DNA from: a virus
Lineage: Duplodnaviria > Caudoviricetes
Reading direction: 5' to 3' (one strand)
DNA length: 64,000 nt
IMG/VR virus record: IMGVR_UViG_2639762784_000001
Coordinates: 1-64,000 of that record
The position numbers were made by a program, and so were the translations under genes. This document shows positions 1 to 9,413 of the stretch, piece by piece. The first letter of the stretch is position 1; each line of letters opens with the position of its first letter. The notes under the pieces were generated by a model. The model saw nothing but the letters and a program-made list of their open reading frames with translations, had not been told where the DNA came from and searched no databases.

Positions 1-140
1 CGGCATCCCAGGCGGCAGGCCGGGCGGCACACTGGGCGGCATCCCAGCCGGCAGACTGGGCGGCATCCCAGGCGGCACACTGGGCGGCACACTGGGCGGC
101 ATACCAGGCGGCAGACTGGGCGGCATCCCAGGCGGCGGAG
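1..140. repeat. 12-bp degenerate tandem repeat (ctgggcggcaca/ccaggcggcaga), coding for xAAW/xAAQ on the minus strand
   Basis: Directly visible. Confidence 0.9.
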
Positions 141-511
141 ATCTGGTTCGCCTGCCCTTCCGTCAGGGTGGCGGCCTCACGCACGACCCGGACCACGCCG
201 GCCCATCCGGGACCGAACGTGTGCTCCAGGTCGGCATCCGTGATCTCCAGTGTGGAGAGCACATCCAGCACATCGGCCACGGTGCGGTCCGGCCTGTCAT
301 TCCAGGACTCCGCCAGGCCCCGATGCTGGAGGACAGCCCTGACGAGGTACTCGTCACCGGTCTTGGGTGAGCACAGTCGGACCGCTCCGGTCAGACACAC
401 CCGCCCCAGGCCGTCCTTTTCGGTGTGCTGTGTCCAGCCGTGGGTCTGCATGTAGTCGTGCGCGAGACGCAGGCGGTGGGTGAGGGCGGTGGTGATCTGC
501 TGGTCGGTCAT
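1..511 (-). CDS. DUF6197-like protein with C-terminal xAA(W/Q) tetrapeptide repeats (runs off the window; not in the ORF track)
   Basis: Manual translation from ATG 511 (RBS CAGGAG): [58 protein letters not shown]; the frame stays open upstream to GTG 769. Confidence 0.75.
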   Translation of the reverse strand, partial: MTDQQITTALTHRLRLAHDYMQTHGWTQHTEKDGLGRVCLTGAVRLCSPKTGDEYLVRAVLQHRGLAESWNDRPDRTVADVLDVLSTLEITDADLEHTFGPGWAGVVRVVREAATLTEGQANQISAAWDAAQSAAWYAAQCAAQCAAWDAAQSAGWDAAQCAARPAAWDA

Positions 512-802
512 GATCGGGTCTCCTGATGGTGGTGTGAGATCGGGAAGGCTGCCCGCGGGGGCGGCCGGGGTGGGTCGGGCTTCGGCGGGGCACTCGTCCG
601 CCGGGTGCGACTGACGCATCGTCTTCGCCGCCGACCAGTGATGCTGGCCGCACTCCGGGCTGGCCTCGTCGGCGATGACGAGCCCGCATGGCGCCTTCGG
701 GCAGGGGCAGGAGTCTTCGATGTCGGGACGCATCCCGAGGAACGAGCGGCCGATGTGGGTGGTGGTCACGGCGGGGCCTCCCGGTTGGGGGTCGGGTCAG
801 GG

Positions 803-1081
803 TCAGGCGGCGTCCTTTCGGAGGGCGGCGAGAAGCCGTTCGCGGTTGGCTTGCTGCTGGGCGGGGCTGATCGGCATCCGTCCGTCCGCGGGCCGGTAGC
901 CCTTCACGCGGCCCGTGGGTACGGCTTCGGCGTAGAGCCGGCCGAGGTGGTCGGCGGGCGGGTAGCGGAGTGCGCGGCGGGCTCGGGCGACGGTGGAGGG
1001 GTCGCAGTGGAGTCGGCGGGCGATGGAGGTGTTGGTGTGGCCTTCGCGGATGAGGGTGGCGATGTCGGCGCGGATTTTCAT
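803..1081 (-). CDS. Small HTH DNA-binding protein
   Basis: LIREGHTNTSIARRLHCDPSTVARARR HTH pattern; ATGA overlap with the upstream gene. Confidence 0.7.
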   Translation of the reverse strand: MKIRADIATLIREGHTNTSIARRLHCDPSTVARARRALRYPPADHLGRLYAEAVPTGRVKGYRPADGRMPISPAQQQANRERLLAALRKDAA

Positions 1082-1452
1082 GCCGCGCTCTCCTCGGTCT
1101 CACCGACGGCCGGGCCCGTAGAGGCCAGGGTCTGGCGGACTTGGTCGGGCGTGTAGTAGGTGCCGCCACCGGCCAGTCCGATCTCGCCCCCGAGCTGCTG
1201 GGTCAGCAGGTCGCGGAGTTCGTTGTGGAGGGTCTTGACTGCGGGCCGGGTGCCGTCGCGGCGGGTCTGGCGGTATGCGGTCGTCCACTGGTCCCAGTCG
1301 AACGCGGTCTTCGGGTCGATGGGGAGCACCGCGTAGAGGAGGACTTGGTCGGTGATGGGGGCCCCGGTGTCGTAGATGGAGAGTTGGTTCATGCGGGTTT
1401 CGAGGATGTCGGCGACGCGGTGGATGGCGGCGTGGAGGTGGTTGGTAGGCAT
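1078..1452 (-). CDS. Hypothetical protein
   Basis: ATG 1452 with GGAG RBS; GC-rich third codon positions; coupled to the next gene. Confidence 0.65.
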   Translation of the reverse strand: MPTNHLHAAIHRVADILETRMNQLSIYDTGAPITDQVLLYAVLPIDPKTAFDWDQWTTAYRQTRRDGTRPAVKTLHNELRDLLTQQLGGEIGLAGGGTYYTPDQVRQTLASTGPAVGETEESAA

Positions 1453-1522
1453 GGGTTCTCCCGTGGGTGTGGCCGGGGTGGGTTCAGGCTCTCGCGGAAC
1501 GTTGGGGGGTGTTGCCCCTGAG

Positions 1523-2050
1523 TCAGTGGGTGGTGCGGCCGGTGGTCCGGCAGTCGGGGCAGGGTCGCCCGTGGCAGGTGCCACAGACCGCGGGCGGGTA
1601 GAAACTCCGCACCGTCTGGCGCAGGCGGCCGTTGTCGCAGGCGCAGGAGTGCACGCACGCCGGGAGCGTCTCCACCGGGCGGTCTGCCGGGATGACGGCG
1701 ATCAGGGCGTCCATGCGTTCCGGGCAGTGCGGGTACAGGGTGACCCACGGACCCTGGGCGCCGGACGTCCACGCCTTGCAGGAGGGGCAGTCGGCCTCGA
1801 ACGGGGCGGGCTGGGCGATGTACGGGGCGTACAGGTAGGTGGCCCAGCACATCCGGCTGCCGCGCCTCAGGGGCTGGTCGGCGCTGGCCACTACGAGGTC
1901 GCCGGCGCGGACCTGGTCGGCGCGAACGATGGTCATGCGGTCTGCCGGGTAGCCGTCGGGCAGGGGGCGCAGGGTGTCGTCGGTGGGGCGGGAGTAGGCG
2001 ACGGCGGGCAGCAGTTCGAGGTTCACGACGGCCGTGTGGTGCTGGGTCAT
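1523..2050 (-). CDS. Hypothetical Cys-rich protein
   Basis: ATG 2050 downstream of a promoter-like sequence; several CxxC motifs. Confidence 0.6.
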   Translation of the reverse strand: MTQHHTAVVNLELLPAVAYSRPTDDTLRPLPDGYPADRMTIVRADQVRAGDLVVASADQPLRRGSRMCWATYLYAPYIAQPAPFEADCPSCKAWTSGAQGPWVTLYPHCPERMDALIAVIPADRPVETLPACVHSCACDNGRLRQTVRSFYPPAVCGTCHGRPCPDCRTTGRTTH

Positions 2051-2084
2051 GGGGTCCCCCGGGGTGTGGTGTGGATACCCCACC

Positions 2085-2114
2085 ACTGTAACCCATATTC
2101 CATTACGCATGCAA
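2085..2114 (-). promoter_or_regulatory. Sigma70-type promoter with conserved operator-like spacer
   Basis: Minus strand TTGCAT-N18-TACAGT; spacer GCGTAATGGAATATGGGT nearly identical to the copy at 52078-52095. Confidence 0.6.
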
Positions 2115-2423
2115 TGGGTTCCGCGCACTCGCCCGCACGCGAAGCAACCCCCGGCGTGACAAGCGGGGGCTGCACCAGCGCTTCCCCTACCGCAAAGGAG
2201 TCGGATCGTGGGGGCGCTTGATCGGAGGTCCCATGCCGGGACACCTCCAGAATGACCGGGAATTCCGGGGGGTGTTGCCCCCTACCGCCCGCCGGCCTGC
2301 CCCTCGCCCGGCAGCGCCGTGTGGGACTCCAGACAGGTGCTGAGGCGTTGCACGGGGGACGGACACCCATGCGCCCCCACCCACACCCTCCCGCACGCCA
2401 CCGGCCGGCCTCACGGTCAAACC

Positions 2424-2642
2424 ATGGGGGACACCAGGGAACAGGCGTGCGCGGGCCGCGGGGACGGCACGGACTGCCCGAACGGGGAGGACGAGGTACT
2501 GGTGGACGGGGTGCGGTGCGAGGAATGCCGGCATCACTGGGAGCTGGACGAGACGGAGCGCGGCCGCCGCCCGGCGGTGGACGACGGGCTGACACGACCG
2601 GTCGGGGACCCGGACGAGGCCGGACAAGGGACCGCCGCGTAG
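2424..2642 (+). CDS. Small Cys-containing hypothetical protein
   Basis: MGDTREQACAG..CPN..CEEC; plausible codon usage. Confidence 0.45.
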   Translation: MGDTREQACAGRGDGTDCPNGEDEVLVDGVRCEECRHHWELDETERGRRPAVDDGLTRPVGDPDEAGQGTAA

Positions 2643-2793
2643 GGCGTAGGGGGTGCGGTAGTCGTGCGGGGGAGGCAGCGCTGAAAAGCTCTCGCCCAGG
2701 ATGGTAAAGATCAGGTCCGCACGACTACCGAATGCGTGACGCTACGCCCCACCAGTTACTCCTGTCACCACCTGCGTACGACCGGGCCACGGC

Positions 2794-3159
2794 CTACTGG
2801 CTGGCGCGCGGATCGTCCGCCATCTCCAGACCGGTGGTCAGTGCGTCCATGAACGCCCGGTTCCCGCGGGCCGGGTTGGCCTCGTCTGCCAGGCCCTGGC
2901 ACACCTCCGGGGTGCGGGGGTCGGCCTGCCAGGCGCCGGGGTTGTAGTTCCAGTCGTCCCAGCCGGGTGCGGCTTCGGCGATGGCGTCGCTGCACTGCTG
3001 CTTGAGCTCGTCTTCGGAGAGCGTGGGTGCCGTGGACGGCGTCGCGGACGCGGTGACGGTGCTCGGGACCGTCTCGGGCTTGCTGTCGCTGCTGCTGCAT
3101 GCGGTGAGCGTTAGGGTGAGGACGGCCAGGACGCCGGTGGTGGTGGTGCGGGTACGCAT
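2794..3159 (-). CDS. Putative lipoprotein
   Basis: Signal peptide MRTRTTTTGVLAVLTLTLTAC (lipobox LTAC) followed by an S/T/P linker. Confidence 0.75.
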   Translation of the reverse strand: MRTRTTTTGVLAVLTLTLTACSSSDSKPETVPSTVTASATPSTAPTLSEDELKQQCSDAIAEAAPGWDDWNYNPGAWQADPRTPEVCQGLADEANPARGNRAFMDALTTGLEMADDPRASQ

Positions 3160-3239
3160 GAGTCCCCCCAGAACGTGTGTGTCTGAGGGGGCATCATGCC
3201 AGGACTGGCCGGCGGAGGAGCGGGCATGCGCAGGACCGG

Positions 3240-3491
3240 CTACTCGCCGACTGGCTCCCCACGCAGAACCTGCCGGGTCGTCTCCCCGCTCAGCCCGACC
3301 TCCCGGGCGATGGTGCGAGGGACGATCCCGTGGGCGTGGGCGGCGCGCATGGCCCGGTTGCGGAGGGCGACGTCCATGCGGGTCCGTCGGTGGGCGAGGA
3401 CGCGTTGTACGAGCCGGGCGAAGCCGAGGAGGAACCGGCCCTGTTGCTGGCGGATCCGGTTGTGTGGGGTGGGGGCGGTGGGCGCGGCCAA
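3240..3491 (-). CDS. Small protein with C-terminal HTH
   Basis: TTG start after AAGGA RBS; GIVPRTIAREVGLSGETTRQVL. Confidence 0.55.
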   Translation of the reverse strand: MAAPTAPTPHNRIRQQQGRFLLGFARLVQRVLAHRRTRMDVALRNRAMRAAHAHGIVPRTIAREVGLSGETTRQVLRGEPVGE

Positions 3492-3715
3492 GTGGGGTTC
3501 CTTCCGTCGGCAAGTGGATGTGTCGACGGTGGCGGAGCCGCTGGTGGGGCGGCAAGGACGCGAACCAGCCGCGGCGGGCGGGGCTCGTGGGTTGGTGGGG
3601 GAGGGGGATGTCACACGGGGCGCTGGCGGGACCGGGAGTCCCGGGTGGGCCCGACCGGAAACGCCGATGCACCCGAGCCGGAAGACCCGGGAGCGTTGGC
3701 GCGGCTGGGGCCGGG

Positions 3716-4990
3716 TTAGGCGGTGTCGCTGAACAGCGTCTCGCTGTACGGCTCGGCAAGCCGGTGTTCGCAGATCCGGGCGTGTGCCTGGTCCATCTCG
3801 ATGCCGATGGCGTTCATGCCTTCGTCGCGGGCAGCGAGGAGGGTGGTGCCGGAGCCGGCCGCCCAGTCGAGGACGGTCCCGCCGGGCGGGCAGACGAGGC
3901 GGACGAGCCAGCGCATGAGGGCGAGGGGCTTGGGGGTGTCGTGGCGGACGCCGTCGACCTCCACCCGCTCGGACGCTGGCGTCTTCGACTCCAGGCGGAA
4001 CACGGGGAACGAGCGGACTGAGTCGCCGACTTCGCGGACGGGACAGCCAGGCAGACAGCCGCCGGGCGGGCAATCGTGCCCGAGGAGGATGTTCGTCGGG
4101 TAGCCGCCGCCCGCGGGGCAACCAGCCACGTTGAGGCCGCCGACGCCGTGCCGCAGCAGGCCGCCCACGAGGGAGTCGTAGCCGGTGGACTTGCGGGCCA
4201 GCAGGATCGGGTCGTGTGCGGGCTTGAGGGTGGTGTTCCAGCCTGCCCAGCGGCGAGCCTCGTCGGACGCGGGCAGGGACTCGATGCGGTCCTCGGAGAA
4301 CGCGCCGTACAGGCCCGCGGCGCGCGCACGGCCAGCCTTGCGGCTGACGATCTCCCGCTTTTCCCATGCCTCGCCGACGGTGTGCTTGCGGGCGTTGAGT
4401 TCGGTGACGAGCGGCAGGATCTCCGTGTCGTCAAAACCGATCTCTTCCCGGAGCCGCGCCCACTGCTGATCGGTGGGGACGATGGCGGCCTTGCCCTGCG
4501 TGGTCCACAGCCCGCCCATGCCGGAGAAACCGAACAGGGCGTCGATCCGCTTGTTCGTCCAACCAGCCGTGTCCCGGGCGGCGGCCAGCCAGGAAGTCAC
4601 CTGCAGCACCTGCTCGCGGTCGTCACGGCGCCGGTCGATGGCGCGGGCCAAGTCGGTGCCCTTCGGCTTGCCGTGCGTGTAGATCCAGTCGAGTTGGTCG
4701 ATGACGCGGAACCCGGCGTCCTCCACGGCGCAGGCCATGCGGTGGTAGGTGCGGGGGGCGCCGAAGCTGACGAGGTGCCCGCCGGGCTTGAGGACGCGCA
4801 GGCACTCGGCCCACAGGGCGACGTTGTAGGCGATGCCGGTGCGGTCCCAGTCCCGGCCGGCTATGCCGATCTCGTACGGCGGGTCCACGACGATCGCGTC
4901 CACGGATGCTTCGCCGAGGGTGGGCAGAACAGTGAGGCTGTCGCCGAGGTGGAGGATGACACCGTCGGCCTCGTAGTACGGGGTGGGCAT
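3716..4990 (-). CDS. Site-specific DNA methyltransferase (N6A/N4C, beta-class)
   Basis: GDSL..DAIVVDPPY, RVLKPGG, HDTPKP, VLDWAAGSGTT, IGIE motifs. Confidence 0.9.
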   Translation of the reverse strand: MPTPYYEADGVILHLGDSLTVLPTLGEASVDAIVVDPPYEIGIAGRDWDRTGIAYNVALWAECLRVLKPGGHLVSFGAPRTYHRMACAVEDAGFRVIDQLDWIYTHGKPKGTDLARAIDRRRDDREQVLQVTSWLAAARDTAGWTNKRIDALFGFSGMGGLWTTQGKAAIVPTDQQWARLREEIGFDDTEILPLVTELNARKHTVGEAWEKREIVSRKAGRARAAGLYGAFSEDRIESLPASDEARRWAGWNTTLKPAHDPILLARKSTGYDSLVGGLLRHGVGGLNVAGCPAGGGYPTNILLGHDCPPGGCLPGCPVREVGDSVRSFPVFRLESKTPASERVEVDGVRHDTPKPLALMRWLVRLVCPPGGTVLDWAAGSGTTLLAARDEGMNAIGIEMDQAHARICEHRLAEPYSETLFSDTA

Positions 4991-5021
4991 GCACTCTCCC
5001 GGGAGTCGGCTGGGGCGTGGT

Positions 5022-5364
5022 TCAAGGATCGGCCGGTTTCGTCGTGGTGTTCCCCTGCTTGCGGTGAGGCCCCGGTCGCCGTAGGGGGTTCCCCGACTCC
5101 CGCAGGTCGTCCAGCATCGGACCGCTGTTCGGGAGCCCGGTTCAGGTGGCTGGTCGCCACGATCGGCACGTCCAGCTTGATCGCTGCGTGCCGGCACATG
5201 TCGGTCATGAGGGTAGAGCGGCCCAGGCCGGGCCGTGAGGCGATGACCGTGAGCCGGCCGGGGAGGTGGCCCCCGGTCAGGATGTCCAGCTCGGTGAAGC
5301 CAGTAGGGAAGGCGTGCTGAAGAGGCACGGTATCGGCTTCGTCTTGTCGGGTCCGGATGCTCAT
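5022..5364 (-). pseudogene. dnaB: DnaB-like helicase remnant (internal deletion plus frameshift)
   Basis: PTGFTELD..IASRPGLGRST joined directly to LDVPIVATSHLNRAPEQR; PMLDDLRESG continues in a shifted frame. Confidence 0.75.
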
Positions 5365-6656
5365 CGGGACCCCCGCGGCCGGTTCATCACGGCCTGCCGG
5401 GCAAGGGCGCGCTGCTGGTCGGACACCTCCGTCATGGAGACCGCTCGAGGCGGCGGAACGGGCCTCTCAGGGCGCTTCGCCGGCGCCTTCCGTGCGGGCG
5501 GGGCTGCGGAGGGCTCCGGGGGCTTGGCGGTTTGCTCTGCGGCCCGGTCCGCCCGCCTGTCCACGCCCCGCTGCTCACAGGAGACGCACGGCTGCCCGCT
5601 GTCGACGTTCGTCCGCTCGTCACACCGCGGGTCCTGGCACTCCGCATCCCGGCGCAGTATCGCCACCAGGACACCCACCGGCTTCTCGAGCGGGCCGACG
5701 GTGTCCCTCGAGGCGTAGTGCTTGTTCCACTTCGGCAGCAGCCGGAAGTCGACCAGCTGCCCCGCGGTGCGCCCTTGCGGCTGGCCGTCGGCCAGGGCCT
5801 CGAGGACCGCCGCCTTCAGGTTGCCGGGCGGGTTCGCCGGCACCAGGTCGGCGAGCTCCTTGGGGAGCGCCTGGAAGAACGCTTCGACGTGCTGCCGCTG
5901 GGCCTGGGTGAGGGAGGGGGGCTTGCTTTTGCCGGACGCGGCGGAGCCGCTCGAGCTCGAGCGGCTACTACCTGTAGTAGGCCTACGGCCGTCCGGAGAA
6001 GAAGAGGGCTCTGGAGAAGGGGTCTGGTGCGGGCTCTGGATATTGCGCAGCATCCGTGCTGCCAGACGCGCAGCATCCGTGCTGCTCCCCCTGGCAGCAT
6101 CCGTGCTGCCCCCCTCGCCTTCACCCCCTCCCCCGGTGGCCTCGGAGGACTCCTCGCGGGCAGCCTTCACCGCCTTCGGGTTCACGCCCTTCGGCACCCC
6201 ACCACGACGCTCCTTGCCCTGCGCACGCTTCTCCGCACGCCGGGCCTCGATGGCCTGCTTGGCCACGTCCGCGGCCTTCACGCCGGACGGCAGCGGGTCC
6301 TTCCAGTCGCCGTTCCCCTGCCACATCAGGGGCGCATCGTGCAGGTGGTAGACGTTCGCCTCGTTGTTCGCCGGGTTCTCCGGGTCCGGGCGCTCCTCGA
6401 TGGTCACCATGCCGGCGACCGCCATCTCCACCAGGGTCCGGTCGACCGTGGAGACGGACACACCCATCTGCGCGGCCAGCTCTTTCCGGTACGGCTTGCC
6501 GCGTCTGGTGTTCCTGACCTGTGTGTCTGCGTAGGTCACCAGGATTGCGTACAGTGTCCGGGCATTCGTGGAGTATCGCGGGTCACACATCCACACGGCC
6601 GCGACCATGCCGAACGGCAGGTTCCCTCCGCGGCGAACTTCGGGGTCCAAGCTCAC
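5361..6656 (-). CDS. Phage-type replication initiator (N-terminal wHTH, internal iterons)
   Basis: ARTLYAIL..KELAAQMGVSVSTVDRTL..NVYHL; C-terminal CxxxxC..CxxC; iterons mid-gene; adjacent helicase remnant. Confidence 0.75.
   Translation of the reverse strand: MSLDPEVRRGGNLPFGMVAAVWMCDPRYSTNARTLYAILVTYADTQVRNTRRGKPYRKELAAQMGVSVSTVDRTLVEMAVAGMVTIEERPDPENPANNEANVYHLHDAPLMWQGNGDWKDPLPSGVKAADVAKQAIEARRAEKRAQGKERRGGVPKGVNPKAVKAAREESSEATGGGGEGEGGSTDAARGSSTDAARLAARMLRNIQSPHQTPSPEPSSSPDGRRPTTGSSRSSSSGSAASGKSKPPSLTQAQRQHVEAFFQALPKELADLVPANPPGNLKAAVLEALADGQPQGRTAGQLVDFRLLPKWNKHYASRDTVGPLEKPVGVLVAILRRDAECQDPRCDERTNVDSGQPCVSCEQRGVDRRADRAAEQTAKPPEPSAAPPARKAPAKRPERPVPPPRAVSMTEVSDQQRALARQAVMNRPRGSR
6047..6109. 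repeat. Three 16-bp quasi-palindromic iterons GCAGCATCCGTGCTGC
   Basis: Exact copies at 6047, 6070 and 6094. Confidence 0.85.
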
Positions 6657-6893
6657 TGGTCAGCCCCCCCTCTTCCGGCCGATCGGGAAGGGGGTCCTAC
6701 TTGGCGTACCGCAAACAAGCTCTACGATGGGCATGAAGCCTCGCTCATGACGTTGTGGTGCTTCGACTGCCAGCGGGCTGCGAAATCCGCTGGCCTTGCT
6801 TGGGCGGCCTGGCGGAGGAGTTGCGAGCTCCTGCCGGGCCGTTCTGCGTCTTCCGGGCCGTGGCTGCGATCACGGCGGTCGGAGACGCGACCA

Positions 6894-7199
6894 TCACGAC
6901 GTGCTGGCGGAACTGCCAGGAGCACGAGCTGGACCGCGCCCCTTGGGTGGGTGTTTCTCGAGGTACTCAAGGAGCCGGGCGGTGCGCATCATTCGCGTCT
7001 TCCCGGCGACCAGGTACGACTCCTGGCCTGGCTCGTCACCGAACGGCCACCGCTGCGCTGCGGGCGTTTTCTCGCGGTTCCTCGAGATGGCCATGTAGCG
7101 CAGGCCGCGGGGCGTCATGCTGCCGGCGAGGCCGCGGCGGACGATGAGCGTGGCGGCGTCGGTGAACGAGATGTATGCGGGGTAGTCGGGCTTGGTCAT
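6894..7199 (-). CDS. Small DNA-binding protein (excisionase/MerR-like)
   Basis: ISFTDAA..MTPRGLRY..WPF pattern; GAGG RBS. Confidence 0.6.
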   Translation of the reverse strand: MTKPDYPAYISFTDAATLIVRRGLAGSMTPRGLRYMAISRNREKTPAAQRWPFGDEPGQESYLVAGKTRMMRTARLLEYLEKHPPKGRGPARAPGSSASTS

Positions 7200-7363
7200 G
7201 CGCGCACCTCAAGCCGACTACTTCCCTTCAAGGGAAGGGGCGATAGGCTTGCCACGTACAGGTCCTTCCTTCACGGGTGGTCTGTGCTGGGCCGTTCGTC
7301 TTCGCAGGTCAACGGCCTTCGACGGTCGGCCGGTCTGATCACCGGTCGGCCGTCACCTACTGG

Positions 7364-8167
7364 CTACCGCACCCCCTCCTTCCGAGGCCAAGCCGCAGAC
7401 GCATCGCGCACTAGCTCAGACACGAGCTCCACGCGGTCACCCGGGATAACGCGGATCGTCACCTCGAGTGCGTCACCTGTACGCCCTGATCTTCCTACCA
7501 GCGTCATCTCCATGACAGGCATGGATGCGGCGATCTCCAGAAGCTGCGCTTCCTCCTCGGAAGGCATGCGCGTCCTCACGGTCTCGATCCAGGAGAGCGG
7601 GCCGTGGCCGGCCTCCTCCAAGCGGTCGAGATATCCGCCTGGCCCTGTCGACTTCTCGCCGATCCGCGGGGCGTCTTCAACCGCCTGCGGGCTCAACCAT
7701 GTGTCGACGATCTGGAACGGCGGCTCCTCTTCGGGCGACATGATCCGTCGTCGCCGCAGAACTTCACTGCTCGGTTCGACCGAGAACATCTCTGCAACCC
7801 GGTCGGGCGCCGGCTCGTATGACCGCCTGGGTGTGCCGTGCGTCTGCCATGCCTCGTCCGGGTAGCTGGCGGCAGGGAAGACGTACATGCCGGCGGTGCT
7901 ACGGGTGACGACTTGGCTTCTGGTGATGCGGCGCCGCTCGGTGCGGGCCTGCACGACCGTCCCCTTGCGCGGTGCGCTCCGGACGATCCCTTCCGAAGCC
8001 AGCTGGTTCAACGCCGCCCGCACGGTCTGGCGCGCGAGCTTGTAGGTGTCCATCAGCTCGGTGATGGGCGGCAACGTACTTCCGGGCGGGTATTCACCCC
8101 CCTCGATCCGACCCCGCAGGAGCTCCGCGAGCTCCCGGTAGGTCTTTGGACCATCTTCGATCGGCAT
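7364..8167 (-). CDS. GntR-family repressor with UTRA domain (KorA/TraR-like transfer regulator)
   Basis: YRELAELLRGRIEGGEYPPGSTLPPITEL..RQTVRAALNQLASEG..KGTVV; divergent from the tra operon. Confidence 0.9.
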   Translation of the reverse strand: MPIEDGPKTYRELAELLRGRIEGGEYPPGSTLPPITELMDTYKLARQTVRAALNQLASEGIVRSAPRKGTVVQARTERRRITRSQVVTRSTAGMYVFPAASYPDEAWQTHGTPRRSYEPAPDRVAEMFSVEPSSEVLRRRRIMSPEEEPPFQIVDTWLSPQAVEDAPRIGEKSTGPGGYLDRLEEAGHGPLSWIETVRTRMPSEEEAQLLEIAASMPVMEMTLVGRSGRTGDALEVTIRVIPGDRVELVSELVRDASAAWPRKEGVR

Positions 8168-8199
8168 TGATGCCTCCTGTCGTGTGACTGCATTACACA

Positions 8200-8245
8200 C
8201 TCTGGGCTAGCCTATTGACAAGTAGGGCTAGCCCAGAGATATGGT
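8200..8245. promoter_or_regulatory. Operator inverted repeat enclosing a TTGACA -35 element
   Basis: CTCTGGGCTAGCC (8200-8212) / GGCTAGCCCAGAG (8226-8238) flank TTGACA (8215-8220); TATGGT at 8240. Confidence 0.75.
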
Positions 8246-8353
8246 GTGTCTAGTCAATCACGACAGGTCTTAGCACGCAGAACGGCCCCCGGTGCTTCAC
8301 CACCGGGAGCCGCGTGTGTAGACCAGCCCGCCTGTCCCCAGGAGGCACGATCC

Positions 8354-8656
8354 ATGAACAGGATCGCACAGCCCGCACCCGCCAGTACCCCGAACACCTC
8401 CCAGGCCGATGAGGCCCTGCGTCGCGTCACCGCCGCGCAGATCGGCCCGCGCCGGCCGGGCACCGTCTACTACGACGGCCCCCGCCTCGTCGAGGTCCGC
8501 GCCGTCGTCATCGACCTCTCCGAGGCCCGCCGGATCCTACGCCGCAACGCCGCCCGGTTCGCCGTCCTCGTCCGCGACGTCCACGCCGGCACCGAGCACT
8601 ACACCGGCGCCATCTGGACCGGCACCGACCGCGTCATCAAGGCGGTGGCCGCGTGA
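8354..8656 (+). CDS. Hypothetical protein, first gene of the transfer operon
   Basis: GGAGG RBS; strongly GC-biased third positions. Confidence 0.7.
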   Translation: MNRIAQPAPASTPNTSQADEALRRVTAAQIGPRRPGTVYYDGPRLVEVRAVVIDLSEARRILRRNAARFAVLVRDVHAGTEHYTGAIWTGTDRVIKAVAA

Positions 8657-8868
8657 AGCAGCCCGCCCTCGAGGCCATCCCGTCCGGCGAATACTCCCCG
8701 GCCGCCGTCGCCCAGAACGACCCCCACCTCTACGCCGACGTCACCGACCTGTTCCTCCTCGTCGACCCGCTCTCCTACCTCGACGACGTCCTCACCTCCC
8801 TGGAGCCGGACGCCGCAGCCGCCGCCTACGAGCAGCTGGTCACCGGCGAATGGGACGGAAACCTGTGA
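8653..8868 (+). CDS. Small acidic hypothetical protein
   Basis: GTGA and TGATG overlaps with both neighbours. Confidence 0.65.
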   Translation: MKQPALEAIPSGEYSPAAVAQNDPHLYADVTDLFLLVDPLSYLDDVLTSLEPDAAAAAYEQLVTGEWDGNL

Positions 8869-9341
8869 TGGACGCACCCTCCGAACTCGCCGACGCCCTC
8901 GAGGACTTCCACGGCTTCGCCTGGATCCCCGGCCTGGCCAAAATCCTCGACGGTCTCGCCGACATGGACACCGCGATCCGCGCCGGCCACATGAGCACCG
9001 ACGCCACCCAGACCCTCCTGACGATCCTCGGCAACCCCAGCGTCCCCGACCTGCCCCACCTCCTGGCCGTCACCGTCCAGACCCTCACCGGACCCGACAA
9101 CCCCACCCTCCACCACCTGCCCGACGACATCCGCAAGAACCTCCAGCACCTCGGCGAACTCCACGCCTTCGAGACCGCCGAATACATCCCCCGCGACCAC
9201 ACCAACGAAGCCGCCGCCCTCATTACCGAGAACCGCCTGCACACCCGGGGGGAGGTGCCGGCCATGACCGAGGAGCAGAGGAAGGAGCTCAGCCGCAAGA
9301 ACGCCGAGAAGAACAAGCAGTCCATCAACCGCCCCCGCTAA
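8868..9341 (+). CDS. Hypothetical protein
   Basis: Translationally coupled ATG; codon bias. Confidence 0.65.
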   Translation: MDAPSELADALEDFHGFAWIPGLAKILDGLADMDTAIRAGHMSTDATQTLLTILGNPSVPDLPHLLAVTVQTLTGPDNPTLHHLPDDIRKNLQHLGELHAFETAEYIPRDHTNEAAALITENRLHTRGEVPAMTEEQRKELSRKNAEKNKQSINRPR

Positions 9342-9413
9342 CCCCCGTCCGGGGCCCGGACCGATCCCGGCCGGGCCCCACCCCGCCACCGACCAGGAAG
9401 GACACCAACCGCC

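Noticed and set aside
1-140. Tandem repeat as a possible CRISPR array or telomere
   Set aside because: No unique spacers; it is an in-frame 12-bp coding repeat of a minus-strand gene
5532-7865. 777-aa plus-strand ORF and the many other long antisense or alternate-frame ORFs (e.g. 30534-33863, 12661-14865, 21814-24144)
   Set aside because: Shadow ORFs typical of high-GC DNA; they overlap well-supported genes and have R/G/P-rich, motif-free translations
8200-8238. 13-bp inverted repeat as a loxP-like site
   Set aside because: The 13-bp spacer contains TTGACA and it lies between the GntR gene and the tra operon; a repressor operator explains it better
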